A stretch of 32,000 bases of DNA from Acaryochloris thomasi RCC1774 (GTDB taxonomy: Bacteria > Cyanobacteriota > Cyanobacteriia > Thermosynechococcales > Thermosynechococcaceae), in NCBI RefSeq assembly GCF_003231495.1, contig NZ_PQWO01000012.1, positions 1 through 32,000 of the forward strand. The letters are read 5' to 3'. The position numbers and the translations under genes were made by a program. Position 1 is the stretch's first letter; each line of letters begins with the position of its first letter. The notes under the pieces are model-generated. The model was not told the origin of the DNA. It made no database searches and saw only the letters and a program-made list of their open reading frames with translations. Below are positions 9,055 through 18,153 of this stretch, in pieces.

Positions 9055-9136
9055 TGCGGATGAAAGGACTTGAACCTTCACACCTCTCGGTACTAGAACC
9101 TAAATCTAGCGCGTCTACCAATTCCGCCACATCCGC
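9055..9136 (-). tRNA. trnL-UAG: tRNA-Leu (anticodon UAG), class II with a long variable arm; CCA is not encoded
   Basis: The reverse complement is GCGGATGTGGCGGAATTGGTAGACGCGCTAGATTTAGGTTCTAGTACCGAGAGGTGTGAAGGTTCAAGTCCTTTCATCCGCA. It folds with acceptor GCGGATG/CATCCGC, anticodon stem CTAGA/TCTAG around loop TTTAGGT, variable arm ACC-GAGA-GGT, and T arm GAAGG-TTCAAGT-CCTTT. Confidence 0.92.
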
Positions 9137-9265
9137 GTGCCGTAGCGTCTTAAATAATAGCATCCGCTAGAAGAATGCGCCCGTCTTTGCCGAGAAATTA
9201 CCTTGCGCGCGTTCGCAATCGGCGTACACTGGATCCGATATAACAGAGATGCGATCGCAACCCTC

Positions 9266-10564
9266 ATGATTTCGCCAAGACCTTGGAAACGCTTCACCCT
9301 ATTTGCTCTGCTGGGCCTGATGCTGAGCCTGCTGATTAGCTGTGCCCCTGGCCCCTCCAGCTCAGAGAGCGATGACGGGAGAGCCGAAGTCGAATTCTGG
9401 ACCATGCAGCTGCAGCCCGAATATAACGATTACTTCAATGAGGTGATTGAGACGTTTGAATCCGAGAATCCTGAGCTTAAAATTCGCTGGGTAGACGTGC
9501 CTTGGTCAGCGATGCAAACTCGGATTTTGTCGGCAGTCTCAGCGAATAAGGCTCCCGACGTTGTCAATCTCAACCCTGACTTTGCCTCTCAGCTCGCCAG
9601 TCAAGATGCTTGGTTGAACCTCAACGACAAGATCTCAGAAGAGGTGCGATCGCAATATCTCCCCAACATCTGGAAAGCTACTACCTTGGGGGATAAGAGC
9701 TTTGGCTTTCCCTGGTATCTCACCTCTCGGATCGCCATCTACAACGAAGATCTGCTCGAACAGGCGGGCGTCGATAAGCCCCCCACCACCTACGCAGAAC
9801 TGGCTCAAGTCGCCAAGCAAGTCAAGGAAAAAACTGGCAAGTATGCCTTCTTCGTCACCGCTGTCCCCGAAGACTCGGGCGAACTATTAGAGTCCTTTGT
9901 GCAGATGGGGGTTGAGCTACTAGATGACCAAGGTAAAGCCGCCTTTAACAGTCCCGAGGGCAAAGCCGCCTTCCAGTACTGGACCGATCTTTATCAGCAG
10001 GGACTCCTGCCGCCGGAAGTGATTACCGAAGGCCATCGCCAAGCCGTTCAGCTCTATCAGTCCGGCCAAGCAGCTATCCTCACGTCCAGCCCCCAATTTC
10101 TAAAGTCGATCTCGACAAATGCACCGGATATTGCCAAGGTCTCTGTGCCTGCACCCCAAATTTCTGGTGAGTCAGGCAAAACCAACGTCGCCGCGATGAA
10201 CCTTCTTGTACCCAGCGGCACCGACCAGCCTGAAGCCGCACTGAAGTTTGCCCAGTTTGTCACCAATCCTGAAAACCAGCTCACCTTTGCCAAAGCAGCC
10301 AACGTTCTGCCCTCCACCCAATCATCGCTAGCCGATCCGTACTTTAGCGAAGTGCCCACTGACGCCAGTGCCCTAGATAAAGGCCGCGTGATCAGCGCTA
10401 GCCAGATGGAAACAGCAGAAGTCCTGATTCCTGTGGTTGAGGACGTGAAGAAGCTGCAGAAGATTATTTACACTAACCTGCAGGAAGCCATGCTGGACAA
10501 AAAATCTGTTGATCAAGCTGTCGCAGATGCAGAAAAAGAGTGGAACCAAGAAGTTTCTGGGTAG
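9266..10564 (+). CDS. ABC transporter extracellular solute-binding lipoprotein (family 1, sugar-type)
   Basis: The ATG at 9266 gives MISPRPWKRFTLFALLGLMLSLLISCAPG, a lipoprotein signal with an LLISC lipobox. The track start at 9203 is TTG. The body (EFWTMQL...IRWVDVPW...FGFPWY...) is typical of sugar-type SBPs. Confidence 0.85.
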   Translation: MISPRPWKRFTLFALLGLMLSLLISCAPGPSSSESDDGRAEVEFWTMQLQPEYNDYFNEVIETFESENPELKIRWVDVPWSAMQTRILSAVSANKAPDVVNLNPDFASQLASQDAWLNLNDKISEEVRSQYLPNIWKATTLGDKSFGFPWYLTSRIAIYNEDLLEQAGVDKPPTTYAELAQVAKQVKEKTGKYAFFVTAVPEDSGELLESFVQMGVELLDDQGKAAFNSPEGKAAFQYWTDLYQQGLLPPEVITEGHRQAVQLYQSGQAAILTSSPQFLKSISTNAPDIAKVSVPAPQISGESGKTNVAAMNLLVPSGTDQPEAALKFAQFVTNPENQLTFAKAANVLPSTQSSLADPYFSEVPTDASALDKGRVISASQMETAEVLIPVVEDVKKLQKIIYTNLQEAMLDKKSVDQAVADAEKEWNQEVSG

Positions 10565-10574
10565 TGGTTCAGAA

Positions 10575-11246
10575 CTAAGGCTGAGAACTCGGATCGTCTT
10601 TGGCTGAGTCTTGATGCCCCGGCAACACCTCTTTTACCTGATCTACGGCATTTTGAGCACCGTGCTTAATGGCCGCTAGATCCTCCTTGGTTTGCCGATA
10701 GTCTTCTTTAAAGAACTCCGCAACGCTACCCGCTTTGTGCCCTAAGCCTTCTTGATACTGCTGAGGATTTTTCATCATGGTTTCGAGGGCAATGATGCGT
10801 TTACTGCCAATGCTCGAAATCGCTACGGGAGGCAGTAGATAGGTTCCATCCACTACACTGTGCCACCCCTTAGAGGTAAACACATAGTGAGTGACCTTTC
10901 CGGTTGCCGGATCAAAAAGGAGATCCGTCACTTTTCCCATTTGATTGCCGGTATCGGTCCATAGCTCGTGTCCAATGGGAGCTTCCATCGGTCCGGTCCC
11001 CTCGAATTCAGGTTCCCACTGCTTGCCGGTGACCACGATGCTGTCGTCGCCAATGCTCTCAATTTGATCCCAGCTAAAGGCTTGCCGCCCGCCCCCGAAA
11101 AGGCCACCGCCACAGTAGAAACCTACAATCTTCTGTGAGGGGGCATCGAGCAAGAGCTGAGACAAATGACCCACATTCTCTGAAGTTTGTCGATCGATGA
11201 CGAGACGCTTATGCAACTCGCTGCGCTTGACGCTGGATTGAGGCAT
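10575..11246 (-). CDS. PRC-barrel domain protein with two PRC-barrel-like halves
   Basis: VIDRQTSENVGHLSQLLLDAPSQKIVGF and a second half (LWTDTGNQMGKVTDLLFDPATGKVTHYVF) resemble PRC barrels. I prefer the ATG at 11246, which has a GGAG about 11 nt upstream, over the longest ORF start at 11330. Confidence 0.65.
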   Translation of the reverse strand: MPQSSVKRSELHKRLVIDRQTSENVGHLSQLLLDAPSQKIVGFYCGGGLFGGGRQAFSWDQIESIGDDSIVVTGKQWEPEFEGTGPMEAPIGHELWTDTGNQMGKVTDLLFDPATGKVTHYVFTSKGWHSVVDGTYLLPPVAISSIGSKRIIALETMMKNPQQYQEGLGHKAGSVAEFFKEDYRQTKEDLAAIKHGAQNAVDQVKEVLPGHQDSAKDDPSSQP

Positions 11247-11328
11247 GGGAAGGCTCCGCTGAAGGGAATAGAGGGTATAATCTGACGGGGCAGAGTCGCT
11301 GCCTGAAAGCGTTCTAAGGTTAACCGGC

Positions 11329-11661
11329 ATGCGTACTTCTCTAATCCTAGCGCTGATAATTGCGCTTTTAGCGATTATTTTTGCTTTTCAAAATCCAGTC
11401 GTCCTTGTGATTCGCTTCGGCATCTGGGCTGTACAGGCTTCATTGGCTTTCATTCTGCTCTTTACCCTTGCCGTGGGCTTCCTGGTGGGACTCCTCGTTT
11501 CCATGCCGGCCATTTTGAAACGGGGCTGGAAGTCTTCTAAACGCAAGCACACGATTCAAGAACTAGAGCAGGAGCTGCATCAACAAACGCAGCTCGCGGC
11601 CGATCAAAAGCGCAGAATTGAGTTTTTAGAGCAGAATCTGCCCCAGGAAACAGAGCGGTAG
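11329..11661 (+). CDS. LapA/DUF1049-like small membrane protein with a C-terminal coiled coil
   Basis: 110 aa with an ATG start. It has two hydrophobic helices (LILALIIALLAIIFAFQN...FILLFTLAVGFLVGLLVSM) followed by a charged helix (IQELEQELHQQTQLAADQKRRIEFLEQ). Confidence 0.7.
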   Translation: MRTSLILALIIALLAIIFAFQNPVVLVIRFGIWAVQASLAFILLFTLAVGFLVGLLVSMPAILKRGWKSSKRKHTIQELEQELHQQTQLAADQKRRIEFLEQNLPQETER

Positions 11662-11694
11662 AGAAAAGACTAGAGAGAGAAGAAGCACAACGCG

Positions 11695-12516
11695 TTAGCC
11701 AAAACGTCCAGAAACGTAGTCGCGGGTGTAGTCTTCTTTGGGATTGGTAAAGATATTAACGGTGTCGTCATACTCCACGAGGTAACCGCGCTTGCTACCT
11801 TGATCGGTGGCCTCAGCGTTAAAAAATGCTGTTTTGTCAGACACACGGGATGCTTGCTGCATATTGTGCGTCACAATCACAATTGTGTATTGCTCTTTCA
11901 GTTCTTGCATCAATTCCTCAACGCGAAGCGTAGAAATGGGGTCAAGCGCTGAGCAAGGTTCATCCATCAGGATGACTTCGGGTTGAACCGCGATCGCACG
12001 GGCAATACAAAGCCGCTGCTGCTGACCACCCGATAGAGACAAACCACTCTCATTGAGCTTGTCTTTAACTTCATCCCACAACGCAGCGCGGGTCAAAGAG
12101 GTCTCCACTAACTCATCCATATCCCCTTTGTAGCCATTAATTCTGGCTCCGAAGGCAATGTTGTTGTAGATAGATTTAGGGAAAGGATTTGGCTTTTGAA
12201 ACACCATCCCGATCCGACGACGAACCTCTACCGGATCGACCTGTTTGGCATAGAGATCAATTCCCTGGAACGTAATATTGCCCTTGACTTGAGCACCAGG
12301 TATCAAGTCATTGGTGCGATTGAAGCACCGCAACAGCGTACTTTTACCACAGCCAGAAGGACCAATAAACGCTGTGATTTGATATTGAAAAATATCGAGA
12401 AAAACATTACTCACAGCAACGGTCGAGCCGTATAGGATCGAAACATCCTCGGCACGGAGTAGAGGTTGAGTTGCCTTGAGATTAGGGGAACCAGTTTGAG
12501 AGGGTGAAGCAGTCAT
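11695..12516 (-). CDS. pstB: Phosphate ABC transporter ATP-binding protein
   Basis: 273 aa. It has Walker [10 protein letters not shown], the PstB-typical [13 protein letters not shown], signature LSGGQQQRL and Walker B ILMDEP. It is the last gene of a pstS-C-A-B array. Confidence 0.93.
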   Translation of the reverse strand: MTASPSQTGSPNLKATQPLLRAEDVSILYGSTVAVSNVFLDIFQYQITAFIGPSGCGKSTLLRCFNRTNDLIPGAQVKGNITFQGIDLYAKQVDPVEVRRRIGMVFQKPNPFPKSIYNNIAFGARINGYKGDMDELVETSLTRAALWDEVKDKLNESGLSLSGGQQQRLCIARAIAVQPEVILMDEPCSALDPISTLRVEELMQELKEQYTIVIVTHNMQQASRVSDKTAFFNAEATDQGSKRGYLVEYDDTVNIFTNPKEDYTRDYVSGRFG

Positions 12517-12562
12517 AGTTCAGAGGTAGCAAGACACGTCATGGGAAAGGGATAACAGTGAC

Positions 12563-13465
12563 CTAAAACACTTTTCTTCGAGTCAAATAGCGAGACATGA
12601 TGCTGATGAACAGAATCAGTAGAATAATAACCAGTGAAGCAACCCAGGCCAGCTCCTGCTGATTCTGATACGGAGAAATTGCAAAGTTATAGATCAGTAC
12701 AGACAGCGTTGCAACAGGTTCCCAAGGGCCATTGAAGCCAAACTGGCTAAACAAAGCCGTGAACAAGAGTGGGGCGGTTTCTCCAGCGGCCCTTGCCAGC
12801 GATAACGTTATCCCTGTTGCAATAAATGGCATCACGGCGGGTATAACAACTCGGCTGATAGTCTGAAAATCATTGGCTCCCACACCAATAGAAGCAAGAC
12901 GAATCTCTCGGGGGATAGATTTAAGACCTTCTTCAACGGTACGGATCACAATCGGCACCATCAGCACCGACAGCGCGACTCCTCCAGCAACCGCAGAAAA
13001 GTTACCCGTCGTCAGTACAACAATGCCGTAGGCAAACAGACCCGCAATAATGGATGGCACGCCGCTCAAAACATTCGTGCAAAACCGAACGATCCCTGCT
13101 GCCTTCGTGCCTCGGCCAAACTCCACGGTATAAATTGCTGTCAGGATACCGATCGGTACGCTTAAGAGAGAACCAATCAGCAGTGTAATGAGGGTGCCAA
13201 AGAACGCATTCCTCATCCCTCCGCCCTTCACCAGCGGTGGCGGTGGCAGCTCCGTGAAAATATCAACATCGAGCCGACCGCCTCCCTTGATGAAGACATT
13301 CAGCAGAATGGCCACCAGAGGAATCAATGCAATGAGGGTGCAGCCAACAACTAAGGCCGTCATTATGCTCCCAAAAAATCGACGACGAGCATCGGCAGGC
13401 GCATATAACTCGGCAGTCGCTCCCTGCCCAAGAGTGGAATTAGATTGTTGCGGAGAGTCGGCCAT
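12563..13465 (-). CDS. pstA: Phosphate ABC transporter permease
   Basis: 300 aa polytopic membrane protein with an EAA-like loop (LARAAGETAPLLF). It lies between pstC and pstB. Confidence 0.88.
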   Translation of the reverse strand: MADSPQQSNSTLGQGATAELYAPADARRRFFGSIMTALVVGCTLIALIPLVAILLNVFIKGGGRLDVDIFTELPPPPLVKGGGMRNAFFGTLITLLIGSLLSVPIGILTAIYTVEFGRGTKAAGIVRFCTNVLSGVPSIIAGLFAYGIVVLTTGNFSAVAGGVALSVLMVPIVIRTVEEGLKSIPREIRLASIGVGANDFQTISRVVIPAVMPFIATGITLSLARAAGETAPLLFTALFSQFGFNGPWEPVATLSVLIYNFAISPYQNQQELAWVASLVIILLILFISIMSRYLTRRKVF

Positions 13466-13505
13466 AATTGATTCGCAGTAATGTTGCTCGCCCGTAATGA
13501 AGGAA

Positions 13506-14471
13506 CTATTCGACCTGTTGGAAGCGGTTAATAACCACTTCTGCCAACATATTGACGCTCAGCGTTATCAGCATCAAAATCAGAGCAGAATACATGAGAG
13601 AGGCCACCTGCAGTCCTGTTGCCTCTGCGAACTGATTTGCAATCAGAGACGCAATGGTTGCCGCAGGAGCCAAAATAGAACTTTTGATTTGGTTGGCGTT
13701 GCCAATGAGCATGGCCGCCGCCATCGTCTCGCCTAGCGCCCGTCCTAAGGCAAGCATCACTGATCCAATAATGCCGGAGAGTCCGGCAGGAAGCAAAACC
13801 TTGAGGATGGTTTCCCAGCGAGTTGCGCCTAGAGCTAATGAGCCTGCTCGCAACTGTGGCGGTAGAGAAGTAAGAGTATCCCGAGATAAAGAGATAATAA
13901 TCGGTGAAATCATCACCGCTAAAACCATTGCCGTGGGCAGCATGGCCCGCGTTTGTGGTGGCGTGTTGAACAGCGGTATCCAGCCCAGAGTGTCGTGAAA
14001 CCAACCGAGCACCGGCAGGATGGCCGGGACTAGCACAAAAATGCCCCACAAGCCGTAAACAACGCTTGGAATGGCGGCCAACAGCTCGATCATGAAGGCG
14101 ATGGGAGTACGAACCTTAGTCGGCAGGAAGTCTTCACTGAGAAAAATCGCAACCCCAACCCCCAGCGGAACCGCCATCAGAAGGGCCAAAATCGCACTCA
14201 CCACTGTTCCATATATTTGAGGCAGCATCCCGTAGATACTTTCGACGGGATTCCATCGGGTTGTGATCAAGAACCCTAAACCAAATTCTTGGACGGCAGG
14301 TAATGCTGTTGTAAATAATTCAACTGTGATCCACAGCAGAATCAGGGCGATACTGGCTGCGCTGATAGCCGTCATGCCATAGAAGACCCGATTGACAAAC
14401 CAAGAGAAATCTCGATTTTGAGCGAGTTGCGGCTGAGATTGAGCTACAGATTTGTCTGCTAGCGAGTCCAT
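13506..14471 (-). CDS. pstC: Phosphate ABC transporter permease
   Basis: 321 aa polytopic membrane protein with an EAA-like loop (LALGRALGETMAAAML). It lies directly downstream of pstS. Confidence 0.88.
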   Translation of the reverse strand: MDSLADKSVAQSQPQLAQNRDFSWFVNRVFYGMTAISAASIALILLWITVELFTTALPAVQEFGLGFLITTRWNPVESIYGMLPQIYGTVVSAILALLMAVPLGVGVAIFLSEDFLPTKVRTPIAFMIELLAAIPSVVYGLWGIFVLVPAILPVLGWFHDTLGWIPLFNTPPQTRAMLPTAMVLAVMISPIIISLSRDTLTSLPPQLRAGSLALGATRWETILKVLLPAGLSGIIGSVMLALGRALGETMAAAMLIGNANQIKSSILAPAATIASLIANQFAEATGLQVASLMYSALILMLITLSVNMLAEVVINRFQQVE

Positions 14472-14515
14472 AATGATCGTCTATGTAATAACGGCTATAT
14501 CAGTTAGCAGCTATC

Positions 14516-15613
14516 TTAGCCTTCGCCGAGATAGCTGATTCTTTCCTTAACACGCTCGATCAGGTCAGCCTCTAAAGGAATGTAGCCCAACTCTTCTGCG
14601 AACTTTTGTCCGTCGGTGAGAGACCAATCCATTACCGCCTTGAGGGCTTTGGCTTTGTTGGCATCTTCATACTTTGGATACAGCAGTAGCCAAGTCAGTC
14701 CTGCGATCGGATAGGCATCAGGATTTTCTGGGTCAGGAACCACGAGTGCAAAGTCGTCGGGTACGGTCTCGCCTTGGAATACCAGGGCGGCTGACTCTGG
14801 CGTTGGTGCAATAATGTTTCCGGACTTATTCTCAATGGCAGCCGCTGGAAGGCCGTTTTCTTTGGCGTACGCATATTCAACGTAGCCGATCGCACCTTCG
14901 GTTTGCTGAATCTGAGCCGTAATTCCTTCGTTGCCTTTGGCACCCGTGCCCACGGGCCACTCGACTGACTTACCACTGCCGGCAGGCCAGTCTGAGCAGG
15001 CTGCTTCTATGTGGGTGGTGAACAAAAAGGTTGTACCACTACCGTCGGAACGATGAACCCAACTGATGGGTTGACTGGGCAGAGTGGCGTCAGGATTGGC
15101 TTTCGTGATAGCAGGGTCGTCCCAAGTCTTGATTTTGCCTGTGACGATGCCGCAGTAGTCTTCTCGAGAGAGTTTCAGCTCTTCAACACCCGGTAGGTTG
15201 AAGGCGAACACAACACTTCCTGAGGTCATCGGAACCTGAACCGGCCCCTCTGGATACTGTTCAGTAAACTTCGCGCGCTCTTCATCTTTGATAGGCGCAT
15301 CACTAGCTCCAAAATCTACGGTGCCAGATAAGTATTGCTCAACACCCGCACCACTACCAACAGATTGATAGCTGACTTGAACACCAGAATTTTCTTTATT
15401 GTACTCAGAAAACCAACGCTGATAGAGCGGGGCTGGGAAGGAAGCTCCGGCGCCACTTAAGCTAGCGCTCAAATCGCTGCCAGCACTGTCGCCGCCTGCG
15501 TCAGATGTTGAGGGGGCCTCGCTTACATCACCACCACAGGCAGTCGCACCTAGCGCTACCAGTAACCCGAGAGCCCAGGATAGGCGTCCCGTTGATCGAA
15601 CTTGAAGGCTCAT
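14516..15613 (-). CDS. pstS: Phosphate-binding lipoprotein of the Pst system
   Basis: The ATG at 15613 gives MSLQVRSTGRLSWALGLLVALGATACGG, a lipoprotein signal. The track start at 15637 is GTG. It carries the PstS motif GAGASFPAPLYQRWF. Confidence 0.9.
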   Translation of the reverse strand: MSLQVRSTGRLSWALGLLVALGATACGGDVSEAPSTSDAGGDSAGSDLSASLSGAGASFPAPLYQRWFSEYNKENSGVQVSYQSVGSGAGVEQYLSGTVDFGASDAPIKDEERAKFTEQYPEGPVQVPMTSGSVVFAFNLPGVEELKLSREDYCGIVTGKIKTWDDPAITKANPDATLPSQPISWVHRSDGSGTTFLFTTHIEAACSDWPAGSGKSVEWPVGTGAKGNEGITAQIQQTEGAIGYVEYAYAKENGLPAAAIENKSGNIIAPTPESAALVFQGETVPDDFALVVPDPENPDAYPIAGLTWLLLYPKYEDANKAKALKAVMDWSLTDGQKFAEELGYIPLEADLIERVKERISYLGEG

Positions 15614-15665
15614 AGATTTTCCGAAGCTATACACCACATTGATGGCTTGATATTAAAGCTTTTGC

Positions 15666-15707
15666 GGGAACATCATGGTAAAGACCGGGTTAACGTTTCC
15701 ATAACCC
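15666..15707 (-). promoter_or_regulatory. Candidate Pho box (SphR/PhoB site) upstream of pstS, with a probable -10 at 15650-15655
   Basis: The minus strand reads GGTTATGG-AAA-CGTTAACC-CGG-TCTTTACC-ATG-ATGTTCCC. That is four 8 bp units at an 11 bp period, resembling the cyanobacterial PyTTAAPyPy(T/A) Pho-box repeat. A TAATAT hexamer lies 10 nt downstream. Confidence 0.5.
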
Positions 15708-15871
15708 TTGGTTTTTGATGAACCCAGCTCCCAGGGCGGATTTGCGAAAATCTCTCAAAAAAGGATTATATTCTGGCTCAGGGGCAGATTGATGACGATC
15801 AATGTTTGCAACCTTCACAGAACGATAATTTCTACGGTTCTGTTGTTTGCAACCGATGTATTTTGGCTACA

Positions 15872-16183
15872 ATGGGAAAAGAAAATTCTCTTGAGGCAAG
15901 TGGTTATATCGTGTCCAAATCCGATTCACCACGACGAGACGACAGGGACCGGCTTCTCTATCCCCAAAGTCGCTATCAGGGAAAGTTTACACCCGAGAAT
16001 CTAGCGTTTAACTCAAATCTGCAGGAATTTGCCCAGAAAGTTAGCTATATTTGTGCGCTAGAAACGGGCGGCAAAATTTCTCCAGACCAAGCCTATCGAG
16101 ATGTAAAAGCCCTTTGGAAAGAGCTAAAGGTTAGTAAAAAAGAGCTGAAAATTCGTGAGGATTCTGCTGAAGAAGAGAGTTAA
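15872..16183 (+). CDS. Small conserved hypothetical protein (103 aa)
   Basis: The ATG at 15872 gives MGKENSLEASGY...YQGKFTPENLAFNSNLQEFAQKVSYICALETGGKISPDQAYRDVKALWKELK. The track start at 15806 is TTG. From memory the FTPENL..N.NLQEFA...LE..GKISP..AY core resembles small proteins conserved in cyanobacteria. I could not search to confirm this. Confidence 0.6.
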   Translation: MGKENSLEASGYIVSKSDSPRRDDRDRLLYPQSRYQGKFTPENLAFNSNLQEFAQKVSYICALETGGKISPDQAYRDVKALWKELKVSKKELKIREDSAEEES

Positions 16184-16265
16184 AGATTTTGCAGGGTATC
16201 ACTGACTAAGCTATCTCTTTCGAAAAGATCGGGGCATGAATCGGCTGAAACGAATTTGAAGATTC

Positions 16266-17291
16266 ATGAAAACAGAAGCTCTACAAGTGAGAAAGACAAG
16301 CGGTAAGGGGCGGGTTACACAACCCATCCCAACATTTGGTGATTGTGCTCATCAGGCGATTCAGAAACATTTCAAAAAATCTGTCAAGTACAAAGCGGAT
16401 GTGTTGCGTGATCTTGATCCTGAACCCCTACACCAAATGCGGGTGGGGATGCGGCGATTGCGGACGGCGTTACAGGTTTTTGCGCCTGCGATCACCGAAG
16501 GTGGGTCAGAGGCCATCGCGGCTCCCATAGAAAACCGCAAGATCTCCAAAATCGCCAAAGAGTTAGGGCGTGTGCGAGATTTAGATGTGCTCTACATCTG
16601 GTTTCAGCAGTACCTACAGCAAACCTCGTTGACACCTGCCGAGGCGCTGGAGCTGCAGCTATTACTCCAGCGCTTGCAGATACGACGTGGGGCGCAGTTC
16701 GCCCAGATGCAGCGGCTGCTGAAGAGTAAGCAGTATCGTGCCTTTGTGAGCATGCTTAAGGGCTGGCTGCAGCACCCGCAGTACACAGCCATTGCCCAGT
16801 TGCCGATCCAGACTGTTTTGCCAGATCTGCTGCTGCCATTGATTTCTGAGCTGCTCCTCCATCCTGCCTGGATGGTGGCGGTTACTGTGCAGCAGGGAAC
16901 GGTCGTTCCTCAAGAGATCTCAGATCTATCTACCCTCAACCAAAATTTTTACCGTTGGGAGCCGTTGCTGCACGATCTGCGAAAGCAGATGAAAGGGGTG
17001 CGGTACCAAACTGAGTTTTTTATGGATTTTTATGGTCAGGACTTCAGGCAGCAAACACGTGAATTTCGGCTGATTCAGGATCAGTTGGGCCACCTACAGG
17101 ATCAGATGGTTCTCGATCAGTTCTTGACCCAGGATTTAGGGATAGACTGGGCGCAGAAGATCCCGTCTTTGGCGCAGTATTTTCAGCAGGAACGCTGGCA
17201 GCTTTGGCAGCAGTGGCAGGCCCATCAGCGGCAGTATCTAGATTCGGGGTTTCGGAAGGAGTTGCGATGGTCTCTGACCCACCTTCGGTGA
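16266..17291 (+). CDS. CHAD domain-containing protein
   Basis: 341 aa, all-helical and basic. CHAD-type His/Arg motifs appear twice: LHQMRVGMRRLRTALQVF and LHDLRKQMKGVRYQTEFF. Confidence 0.8.
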   Translation: MKTEALQVRKTSGKGRVTQPIPTFGDCAHQAIQKHFKKSVKYKADVLRDLDPEPLHQMRVGMRRLRTALQVFAPAITEGGSEAIAAPIENRKISKIAKELGRVRDLDVLYIWFQQYLQQTSLTPAEALELQLLLQRLQIRRGAQFAQMQRLLKSKQYRAFVSMLKGWLQHPQYTAIAQLPIQTVLPDLLLPLISELLLHPAWMVAVTVQQGTVVPQEISDLSTLNQNFYRWEPLLHDLRKQMKGVRYQTEFFMDFYGQDFRQQTREFRLIQDQLGHLQDQMVLDQFLTQDLGIDWAQKIPSLAQYFQQERWQLWQQWQAHQRQYLDSGFRKELRWSLTHLR

Positions 17292-17319
17292 TCGCAACTC
17301 CTAGACTTCAAGTCCTAAC

Positions 17320-18009
17320 TCACCCAAAGGTCAATGGCAGAAAATCCAGAGCGGCATGGGCAACCAGTAGGGGCCAGAGTTTGCGCCACCGACAGTAAAC
17401 CAGGGCAAATATTAAACCCATCGGTAAGATTCGGACAAAAGCCATCGGCCCTTGGTAAAGGTGATAGATCAGACGAAGGATGGTGCTAAATGCGATCGCA
17501 ACTCTCACGTTGCTCAATCCCTCTACGACTGGTATCGCGTAGCCCACTACAAACAGTTCTTCAAATAAAGGATTAACAATCGAAAGCAGCGCGGCTATGC
17601 CTAAGCTGACATGATACTCAAACTGCACAGACTCCAGCATTTGAACGCCGAAGACTAGCCCCGCCAGAAAATGACTGGTGTTATACAACGCATAGTCTGC
17701 CGCCACCAGCAAAAACCCCACTGCCGTCAGCTTCCAGCTTGGGCGCAGATGAAAGTCGCTCAAGGTCCAGCCCCGAGCAGCCAGAATTGTGCAACAGAGT
17801 AGACCAACGACAATCTCGTAGCCGATCAGGTTAATGAAGAGCTCATCTGTAAAAACAATCGGCTGCTCAGCACCAGGAATCTGAAAAACACGATAGAAAA
17901 AGCTCTGCAGAGAGACTAGGATAAACTGGCCGAAAGCTAGTCCTAAAACAATGACCAGCTCTGCGACAGAATTCTGCCGTTTAGAAGTAGTGGGTGTGTT
18001 GGAAAGCAT
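17320..18009 (-). CDS. CPBP-family intramembrane metalloprotease (CAAX protease/Abi-like)
   Basis: 229 aa polytopic protein. Motifs appear in the expected order: NPLFEELFVVGY (EE motif), RLIYHLYQG (FxxxH-like) and VAHAALDF (HxxxD/N). Confidence 0.75.
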   Translation of the reverse strand: MLSNTPTTSKRQNSVAELVIVLGLAFGQFILVSLQSFFYRVFQIPGAEQPIVFTDELFINLIGYEIVVGLLCCTILAARGWTLSDFHLRPSWKLTAVGFLLVAADYALYNTSHFLAGLVFGVQMLESVQFEYHVSLGIAALLSIVNPLFEELFVVGYAIPVVEGLSNVRVAIAFSTILRLIYHLYQGPMAFVRILPMGLIFALVYCRWRKLWPLLVAHAALDFLPLTFG

Positions 18010-18153
18010 CGACCGAGCGCTAATTCAAGATCATCTCAATACTTAGGATGACCCTCTAAGCTCATAGATGTGTCAGCAGAAGCCTAAAAACAGCCCTCAA
18101 CTCCTAAAGATATGAGGGCAAACGCATAATAGTCTCAGGATTTAGCACAGCAG

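Noticed and set aside
8134-9081. Antisense or alternative-frame ORFs inside the GH3 gene (8134..8616 -, 8662..9081 -, 8756..9073 +)
   Set aside because: The GH3 frame carries all family motifs across this region. The alternatives are Arg/Ser/Leu-rich, typical of off-frame translation, and one runs into the tRNA gene.
5934-9136. The PLP-enzyme/GH3 pair as a genomic island integrated at the 3' end of tRNA-Leu
   Set aside because: There is no integrase and I found no direct repeat of the tRNA 3' end. Base composition is similar to the neighbours and there are HIP1 copies inside GH3 (7431, 7668). This looks like native chromosome.
11247-11331. Back-to-back start codons sharing a CATG palindrome (minus ATG at 11330, plus ATG at 11329), implying overlapping divergent genes
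   Set aside because: The first 28 codons of the long PRC-barrel ORF are not protein-like. An internal ATG at 11246 with an upstream GGAG gives a normal 82 bp divergent promoter region.
13528-14049. 173 aa same-strand alternative-frame ORF and 114 aa antisense ORF (13654..13998) inside pstC
   Set aside because: The pstC frame is a textbook permease. The alternative frames are Gly/Arg/Ser-rich artefacts.
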